Both the position numbers and the translations under genes were made by a program. From positions 1 through 20,014 of the forward strand of contig JAEOSI010000018.1 of assembly GCA_016840425.1 (NCBI GenBank): a DNA stretch of 20,014 bases, given 5' to 3'. The notes beneath the pieces were generated by a model. The model worked only from the letters and a program-made list of their open reading frames with translations, was not told the DNA's origin and did no database searches. The stretch comes from Candidatus Wukongarchaeum yapensis. Its GTDB lineage: Archaea > Asgardarchaeota > Wukongarchaeia > Wukongarchaeales > Wukongarchaeaceae. Shown here piece by piece: positions 7,545-14,900 of the stretch (positions are counted from its first letter, which is position 1; the number at the start of each line of letters is the position of its first letter).

Positions 7545-8849
7545 CTACAATTTATAGGGGGTTTTATAGGCTTTAAAACTTTTTTGAATTTCGCTTGCTT
7601 TTTTAAGGGTTGTTTTCAAGATGTTTTCGCGGTTTTTAGAAGAATTTAATAATGTACAAATAGGGTCGTTTTTTTCTATAAATAAACCTTGAAGAAGGAC
7701 GTCAAAAATCCGGAGATTATGCAGTTTATTATTTTTTTCTATGGCTTTTATGTTGGGAACTATTCCGCTTTTAGTCGAGAAGACAATCGTTTTTATGGCG
7801 AATTTTTCCGCTGAAGGGATTTCTTTGGGCAGTTCGCCTTCACATGCAAGTACATGGAGCATTACCATGTTTTCGTTTGTTGCTATTTCGAAGGGTTCTA
7901 AAGAGCCTTGGAGACGGGGGTTACACTCTAAAATTACAGGCTCTTCATTATTACGAAGAACAAAATCAAAGCCGTTACTTCCCACCAAACCTAAAGCTTT
8001 TCCAAGGGAGGAAAAAACCTCTCTTAAGTTTTCTAAAACTTTTTTTTCACCCAATTTCAATGGTACTATATTACCACAATAAGTAAAAGGACCCGGACTC
8101 CCAAGACTATCGATCCCTATTAATTGTTCATTGATGCTTAAACATATGCAATCAGCAGAAGTTCCAAGAACTGAAGCGCTTGAATGCCTACCTTTAACTA
8201 ACTCCATGACGATTATTTTTCCTTCAGAGGAATCTTTTTCAAGCTTGTTTTTAACACGCTCTACTTCTCCTTTGCTTTTCATTAGAAAGACATTTACGCC
8301 TCCAGAACCACCTTCTCGCCTAACAACACAAGGATACCCTACCGAACCACAAACTTCGGGAACTTCATCAACAACAGAGACCATTTCATGCTTCGGGGCA
8401 GAAATCCCGTGTTTTTGAGCAGTTTTATAGAGAAAACTCCTATTTCTTACTTTAACAATAGTTTCTTTATTATTTCCTAAAATTTTGACGCGGTTCCCCA
8501 GCGCTTTCCAATAGTCGGGATAATCATCTAACCCAGAACCTAACAAAGCAAAATCAAAACCGCCAACTTCCTCGATCATTATCTCAGCCAATTTCATGAA
8601 ATAATCAGCTTTTAAACGCCACATCTTTCTCCTCAGAACCCCTCCCGGCTTTTGATGAATAACGGAAAAAACCCAGCTGCCTAATTGTTTAATCTCGGGA
8701 TCCCCAAAAAAATCCACGATTCCTGCATTCCAACCAAGAGACCTGACGGAAGAAGCAATAGGTCTAGCATTAATAGCGACAATTAAAACACGCTTTAAAG
8801 AACTTTTAATTTCATTATTCCGTCCATGTTTCAAAATTTTAAACTCCAC
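7545..8849 (-). CDS. ATP-grasp superfamily carboligase (COG2232-like), substrate unknown
   Basis: VLIVAINARPIASS..SLG....VDFFGD, GSGLDD, ILGN, REGGSGG, IVMELVKG..SSASV, NEQLIG, F.YCGNI.P, GSNGFDF and LECNPRLQGSLE. Confidence 0.85.
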   Translation of the reverse strand: MEFKILKHGRNNEIKSSLKRVLIVAINARPIASSVRSLGWNAGIVDFFGDPEIKQLGSWVFSVIHQKPGGVLRRKMWRLKADYFMKLAEIMIEEVGGFDFALLGSGLDDYPDYWKALGNRVKILGNNKETIVKVRNRSFLYKTAQKHGISAPKHEMVSVVDEVPEVCGSVGYPCVVRREGGSGGVNVFLMKSKGEVERVKNKLEKDSSEGKIIVMELVKGRHSSASVLGTSADCICLSINEQLIGIDSLGSPGPFTYCGNIVPLKLGEKKVLENLREVFSSLGKALGLVGSNGFDFVLRNNEEPVILECNPRLQGSLEPFEIATNENMVMLHVLACEGELPKEIPSAEKFAIKTIVFSTKSGIVPNIKAIEKNNKLHNLRIFDVLLQGLFIEKNDPICTLLNSSKNRENILKTTLKKASEIQKSFKAYKTPYKL

Positions 8850-8944
8850 GCACCTTTGGAAAAAAACGGAAAAAGGAGGGCTTAGAACTTATTTTCTATG
8901 GTACTAAAGGATTCAGACTAGCTCTTTTCTATGCGTCACTAATT

Positions 8945-10240
8945 TTAACTTGGCTCTTCCTCGCCTGTCTTCTTTTTTAAACGTTCTTTAACAAATTCGT
9001 CGTAGGCGATAATTATCATTACTGCAAGAAGGGAGTTTATTGCAAAAATGATTAAACCGTAACTTATGACTATGTTCCACATAAAAACGCTGATCATCTT
9101 TGACTCCAGGGGCTCGTAGGTTAGGAATATTAGCCATAAAGGCATTCCTATCACAGGTCCAAATATCGGGGAAAGCCACCCTAAGTTGACACGTTTGATG
9201 TTGCCTTCGCTTTCACCTAGAATAAATAATGTAAGGCCTATTGTTATAACTATGAGGAGGAGACTTAAGACGTAGAAAATGTTTCCGTTAAAAGCGTAGA
9301 ATTTTGAGAGGGATTTATGGGCAAAAAAGTCTTCTATTGCCCGAAGACTATTTCCAGTTATAGAACTTCCTAAGGGACCACTATCTATTTTGGAGAAGCC
9401 TAGTTCTTTTGCTCCAAAGAAAATCCATCCCAAGATAAATACAAGGGGAGCTATGCAAAATCCTATCCCTATATTTTTGATGACCCTCCATTTTGCAACA
9501 TCTTTTTTCAGAGTTGTTGTCGATAAAACTAAGAGGGAAGAGCATAGGACCAAGATCGAGATCAGAAAAACGACATCTAAAGTAATGGACCCTAAATCCC
9601 AGTTGTAAGCACTTTTCATAGCATTTTTGTAACCCTTATCTTCAGCAAGATTTCTTACCCAATAGCTCGTAAATACCGCCACCACTCCGAGAATCCCACA
9701 GGCTATACTTGTTAATTTAAGGGCGATTTTAGAACCAAAATCCGCATACGCTAAAAACCCGGTTAATATACATGCAGGAATGTAAAACATCCATAACGAT
9801 AAAGGACTAATATGCCAACTTTCAGGAACGCCCGCGCCAGCAATAGTACCTATTATAAAACACCCGTAAAAGTTTTTAGAAATAGCAGACCCAGCAAGGG
9901 CTAAAGCAGGAGCTATCGATAAAGCAAGAGGTATGTAAACCGAACCGATATCAACGGATAACTCAAAAAATTCTACGATAAACGCCAAAAAGCCGAAAAT
10001 AAGGACGATAAATAAAGATTCAACGGTAAAAAAATTAATAACGCTGAAAAAACCTTCCTCCCTGGTCATTAAAAGTTTTTTAGGAGCTTCAGCTTCAGAG
10101 ACTTTCTTTTTCAATACTTTTAACTCACCTTCAAGCTTTTTCCTCTCCTCTTTGATCCCACTAGCAGATAATTCACCAGATTCAACACTTTCTTTAAACT
10201 CCTCAAGCAATTTTTTCACGTCATCAAAATCACTACTCAA
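8945..10240 (-). CDS. Uncharacterised polytopic membrane protein (~10 TM) with an N-terminal charged helical (SHOCT-like) segment
   Basis: Long ORF with about ten hydrophobic segments. N-terminus DFDDVKKLLEEFKESVESGELSASGIKEERKKL. TTG at 10240 follows a GGTGG RBS-like element; the ORF track start at 10267 is an alternative. Confidence 0.75.
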   Translation of the reverse strand: MSSDFDDVKKLLEEFKESVESGELSASGIKEERKKLEGELKVLKKKVSEAEAPKKLLMTREEGFFSVINFFTVESLFIVLIFGFLAFIVEFFELSVDIGSVYIPLALSIAPALALAGSAISKNFYGCFIIGTIAGAGVPESWHISPLSLWMFYIPACILTGFLAYADFGSKIALKLTSIACGILGVVAVFTSYWVRNLAEDKGYKNAMKSAYNWDLGSITLDVVFLISILVLCSSLLVLSTTTLKKDVAKWRVIKNIGIGFCIAPLVFILGWIFFGAKELGFSKIDSGPLGSSITGNSLRAIEDFFAHKSLSKFYAFNGNIFYVLSLLLIVITIGLTLFILGESEGNIKRVNLGWLSPIFGPVIGMPLWLIFLTYEPLESKMISVFMWNIVISYGLIIFAINSLLAVMIIIAYDEFVKERLKKKTGEEEPS

Positions 10241-10379
10241 CCTTAACCACCCGAATATACAAAACATAAAAAATGAAAAAACAATTTTTATGCTAAGTTT
10301 GTTAACCCCTCCTATTTTTTAACTTATTCGTTAAAAAAACCTCATTTCAACAAAAAGGGAAAAAATCAGGATGCTTATA

Positions 10380-10484
10380 AGGTTTTCAAAAGGAAAAAGA
10401 AAGACAAAAAAGGAGAATAGTTCAAAAAAAACAAAAATATTTGCTTAAATTTTTTAAAAAAAAGAGAAAAAAAGATGATGGTTT
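10380..10484 (-). terminator. Extended T-rich tract (minus strand) downstream of tfb
   Basis: Dense A runs on the + strand from directly after the tfb stop for about 100 nt. Confidence 0.45.
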
Positions 10485-11501
10485 TTAGAATTCTACTGCT
10501 ATTTCAGAGATATCATCTTCCTCCGTAAAGTAGACAGGGGCAGCAGCTGCACCTCTTTTCACTTCTATGTTTTCCAAGCCCAGTTCTTTAATTAGTTCTT
10601 TTACTCGGTTTCTCAGAGTAACGGGTGTTGTATTGGCTATATCTGCGATTTGTTGCTGTGTTCTACGCTCTCCAGTAATGATTCCCGCAAGGTATAAGCA
10701 AGCCGCAGCCATACTTGTTGGATTCTTACCTGCCATAATATTCTTTTCTTTTGCTTGTTCTAGTAATTCGATAGCTTTTTTCTGTGTCGGCATTGTGAGG
10801 CTTAATGAACTGCCAAGACGGAAAACTAATTTTTTAACGTCAAGAGGTGCTCGTCTTACTTTTAGTTCTTCTACTAGAACCCTGAAAGCTTTACTGAGGT
10901 CTTTCTCGCTGACTTGTGATACGTTGACGATGTCTCTAAGGGTTCTTGGAATTTTTTGCAAGCGACACGCCAAATAGAGAGAGGCCGCGATCATAGAGCT
11001 TATGCTTCTACCCCGGATGAGGTTTTTCTTAAGGGCTTTTCTGTAAATAGTAGCTGCCTCTTGTTGAACGTGGCTAGGAAGGCCTAAGGCACTTGAAAGT
11101 CTTGAAAGCTCTCTTAATGCTTTACGTAAGTTTCTTTCTTGGCCTGAGCGTGCTCTTTTGTTGACCCATCGGAGACGTCGGATTTTGGCGCGTTTTGATG
11201 CGGTCATTTTTCCAGAGCTAAGGTCTCCAGGCTGGCCTCCGATTTCTGTTGTTAAACCTTTATCAGGACGGAGGAGAGACAAGGGAGCTCCAACACGGCT
11301 TCTTTTTTGTTCTTCTTGAGGCGTAAATGATCTCCACTCCGCTGCGCGGTCCATAACACGATCATCTTGGACCAAACCACAATCCATACAGACACGTTCA
11401 CCCCTCGAGAAATCGGTAAAAATATTGTTCCCTCCGCATTCGGGACACCTATCTTCGCTACCTGTGGAGGGGGAAACACGTTTGGTTTTAACATCATTCA
11501 T
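10485..11501 (-). CDS. tfb: Transcription initiation factor IIB (archaeal TFB)
   Basis: Zn ribbon CPECGG..IFTDFSRGERVCMDCG, B-reader AEWRSF...RSRVGAP, cyclin repeats with LIRGRSI..MIAASLYLACR and GKNPTSMAAACLY, and C-terminal HTH VTLRNR.KEL. ATG at 11501 has GGTGA upstream; the ATG at 11537 is an alternative. Confidence 0.96.
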   Translation of the reverse strand: MNDVKTKRVSPSTGSEDRCPECGGNNIFTDFSRGERVCMDCGLVQDDRVMDRAAEWRSFTPQEEQKRSRVGAPLSLLRPDKGLTTEIGGQPGDLSSGKMTASKRAKIRRLRWVNKRARSGQERNLRKALRELSRLSSALGLPSHVQQEAATIYRKALKKNLIRGRSISSMIAASLYLACRLQKIPRTLRDIVNVSQVSEKDLSKAFRVLVEELKVRRAPLDVKKLVFRLGSSLSLTMPTQKKAIELLEQAKEKNIMAGKNPTSMAAACLYLAGIITGERRTQQQIADIANTTPVTLRNRVKELIKELGLENIEVKRGAAAAPVYFTEEDDISEIAVEF

Positions 11502-11610
11502 AAATTTCACCAATTTTTTTAACAAATTAATATTCATGACTTGAAGCTTTTAAAAGTGCACTAGTAATAAGGTTTAGAGAGGGTTAATGGGAATTTTTTC
11601 GGGGGACAAC

Positions 11611-11693
11611 GAAGTTATTACGTACCAAGGTAGTAACTTCACTATTAATACGATACCCAATTATATAAATTTTACGTACCCTGGTAGTAACTT
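11611..11693. repeat. Two 22-bp direct repeats (TTACGTACCnnGGTAGTAACTT), the first embedded in a 30-bp imperfect palindrome
   Basis: 11618-11639 TTACGTACCAAGGTAGTAACTT and 11672-11693 TTACGTACCCTGGTAGTAACTT are 20/22 identical and 54 bp apart. 11611-11640 reads GAAGTTATTAC-GTACCAAG-GTAGTAACTTC, with arms 10/11 complementary. Confidence 0.9.
11662..11676 (-). promoter_or_regulatory. Putative proximal BRE-TATA promoter of tfb
   Basis: Minus strand reads CGTAAAA-TTTATATA, matching archaeal BRE + TATA. A T-G initiator step lies about 22 nt downstream at 11641/11640. Confidence 0.6.
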
Positions 11694-11809
11694 GGTGACA
11701 GAAAAGTTATTCCGATAATTCTCTCCGTAAATTGCGAGGGTATCGCGTTAAAGGATCGCCAAGGTCAGCCGTACAACAACATTATGCAAATAAGATATAA
11801 ATTAAACTA

Positions 11810-11839
11810 TTTATAAATTTTACGTATGTAAAAAGTAGC
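11810..11839 (-). promoter_or_regulatory. Putative distal BRE-TATA promoter of tfb with a degenerate third operator copy
   Basis: Minus strand reads CGTAAAA-TTTATAAA. The 15-mer TATAAATTTTACGTA at 11812-11826 is identical to 11664-11678. TTACGTA-N7-AGTAGC lies at 11820-11839. Confidence 0.55.
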
Positions 11840-11859
11840 CCACAATATAAGGACATCTC

Positions 11860-11997
11860 AAAAGGGGAGGGGAAAATCTAAAAAAAAATAAAAAACAATT
11901 AAAAAAACACCTATAAACACGGAAAATAGGAGAGAGAAAAATCAGGATTAAGAGGCTTTTACTTAAATCTTAAACCAGGTAACAAGAAGAGTGTTTT
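11860..11997 (-). terminator. Extended T-rich tract (minus strand) downstream of mcm
   Basis: Long A runs on the + strand between 11880 and 11940 after the mcm stop. Confidence 0.4.
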
Positions 11998-14900
11998 TTA
12001 GCTTCCTACTCTTCCTATATAGCCAGTTTTTGGTTCATATAACATGCCTTCATCTTTTAGCTGCTTCATTATGCGCCCAAAAGATTTTTCGTCTATTCCT
12101 TGGGCTATTGCCTCTTCTTGGAGTTTTTGAAGGGGTACTTCTTTTCCATATTCGGGTTCTAAATCGCTTAGAATATCGATTATTTTTTCCATCTTTGTTC
12201 GGATGCTCATGGGTTTTCCTGTCATTATGGTGTCTATGTCGATCATGCCTGTTTCTTGGTCTATGCCTACTTGTTGGAGAGAGGATTGGACTAATTGAAT
12301 GCTTGCTTCTGCGTCTTCTAAAGTAACGACGTCGCGAAAGGCCATTCTGGCTCTACTTTCTGCCAGCCTTATAAGGGACTCTAATTGTCTTGCGGTAATG
12401 GCTATAGGCGTCTTTTTACTTTCACTAATAGATCTTATTTGGACGTAATAGTCCTCCAAACGTTTTACAGCTTCTTCGCTCAAAATAGGGTGAATGTTTT
12501 TCCTTGCATAGCTTATATATTTTCTTAAAAGGTCTTGGGTTATTGGAGGTTCTGCTGTTTCTTCTGGGGTTTGATGTAGTTTCAATATGTGGGAAGCAAG
12601 GGCACGGTCAGCTGCACTTTCGGGGATATCGGTCATTATGAAAATAAGGTCAAATCTTGAAAGGATTGTTACAGGGAGTTTAATATTTTCGGCAGGGGTC
12701 CGATAAGCATCATATCTTCCGAAAGCAGGGTTAGCGGCAGCGAGAATCGAGGTTCTAGCGTTTAAGGTAGCCACTATTCCTGCCTTTGCTATACTTATTG
12801 TATGTTGTTCCATTGCTTCATGAATGGCTACCCTGTCGGTTGCTTCCATTTTATCAAATTCATCAATGCAATTATGCACTATGATTCCGCCACACAAAAA
12901 GTTGTGGTATTTTGGGATGTAAATATCGTAGACGTATCCTGAGTATTTCTCTGTTTTTATTTCAACTATCTTATCTAGGAAGTAGTCCCGAGTTGTCAGT
13001 AGTTCTATTTGTCTTCCTAGTTTTTCATCTAGAAAGTCGAAAATTTCATTTCTAATTTTTAGAAGTTGTTGTCTGGAGGGCTGATATCTTTTATTTTTAT
13101 ACGCATAAAGGGTGCTCCATATACCCTTTTTAAGCAAGACAGATTTGTTTATGGAAGATATTATTTGAGTGCTTATTTTTGCAACTGGAGAGTTTGGAAG
13201 TTTATCGCTAAGAGAAGAAACCAAATGTTTTCTAGTAGGGATCGTTTTGATTTTGATGCTGTATTTTTTAATGTCGTTTAAAAGTCGACTGACATCTTCT
13301 CTTCCAGTTATTAGAATCTTATTTACTCCTTTACCTTTTCTAAGTTTTGCAAAGCAATCAAATCGTCTTAAAGCAAGCATAAACGCTTTGTTTTCTTCTT
13401 CATTCTTCGATAGCTGAAAGTCTACGTGTACGGTTTCATAGATTTTATCTGATTTTCTTCCTCTCTTAACTGAAATACACCCATCAGAATCTAAGCAACC
13501 TGCAATAAATGCTTTCAAAGCCTCGTCAGGTAGTTTTAAAAGATTTTTTAGCCCTTCTCCAACCACATAACTGTAAATGTATGCTAGTAAATTAGAGTTA
13601 GCATATAAAATGATGTTTTCACTTTCTACTTTTTGTCCTCTTATTAAACTTTCACTTTTCCTCCTATACTCTCCAAGTTTCCTTTGTGAAAAACTATGAA
13701 ACATATTCTTAAGAAGTTCTATTTGTTTTCTGTTTTTCAATGATTGAGTTATTGATATTCTTGACCTTCTGGACGAAATGTTAACGTCGCCATCACCGTA
13801 GACAAATCCGAGAAAATATGCCAGCTCGGGGGTTATCTTATTAGCTTTTAACATTTCTCCTGAAGCTTTTCTACCATATTTAAGGTATTTATTTCTCCAT
13901 TCCTCATACCATCCTAGATCTTTTAATATTTCTCTCAGTTTACCGACCTTTATTTGACTTCTACCAGAAAGGAAATCCTTTGATATATTGTATTTTCTAT
14001 TAAATTCACTTAGGCTTTTATAAATAGCAATTATTTTCCCTTTGAGTTCCATCTTTTCTTTTTTTCCGAGGATGACGAGCCAATTATCCGGGATGATGTC
14101 GAGAAAATATATGTTTTCCTTATTCTCGGGAAGTTTTAGAGGAGCAATTACGAAATCGCCCTCCTTAAATTTTCCAGCATCTCTCCACTCCAGTGTATTT
14201 CCATCTAGAAGTTTGTGATCTGGGGTGACTTTCACTTTAAATCCAGAAGTTAGAGATACTTCAAGTATCTCGCCTTTATACTTCTTTCTTCTAATTAGTA
14301 AAGATCTTGAAGATGCTGTTTTAAGCCTAGAGTCGATGGAAATAATATTTGCATCTAATTCGCATATTTCAACTTCTTCGTTCCCAGATCGAGTCTTAAA
14401 TTTCCTTCTCTCATCGAAAAGACTCTCTATATTGACTATTCTATTATCGATTAAAACTTTTGAGCCCTCATGTAGGCATGCAACGCCCCGGTCAGCTAAA
14501 ATTAGGGCTCCTGCTTCCAGGATGAAGTCTCCCGTGTCTGAATCTCTCAAAACTGCAGCGGTTAAACCGGCGGCCGTGCTGCCTTTTCCGGAGGTGTATA
14601 GCGCGCGGGGAGCGGTGGCTGAAACGTATTTCAGTAGTTGGCTGTTGTGGACATATATGCCATTAGCTACAAAATTATGAGTTTCAGGGACTTGTAAATC
14701 ATATACCCATTCAAAGTCCGGTTTAATTTTTTGAATTGAAATGATTTTGTCCCAAAACACATCTGTATCGGCTATGGTTCTTAGTTGATTGAGTTTATCA
14801 TTATCTCCGTATTTTTCTAGTTCTTTTATTATTACTTTTAGATTTGTCCTAGATGGATTTCTGTCTCCCCTCTCATAATGTTGATAGGTAGATCTCGCTA

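Noticed and set aside
11611-11640. 30-bp palindrome as a Xer/dif or lox-type recombination site
   Set aside because: The geometry is 11-8-11 rather than the 11-6-11 of archaeal dif. No recombinase is in the window, and the core recurs as direct repeats tied to BRE-TATA elements, which fits an operator better.
11618-11839. CRISPR mini-array
   Set aside because: There are only two close copies plus one degenerate copy with irregular spacing (54 and 148 bp), and no cas genes.
11538-11997. Replication origin next to mcm
   Set aside because: The region is AT-rich and has repeats and G-runs, but I see no ORB/mini-ORB consensus (TCCAxTGGAAA-like) and no orc1/cdc6 in the window. It is kept only as an alternative to the promoter interpretation.
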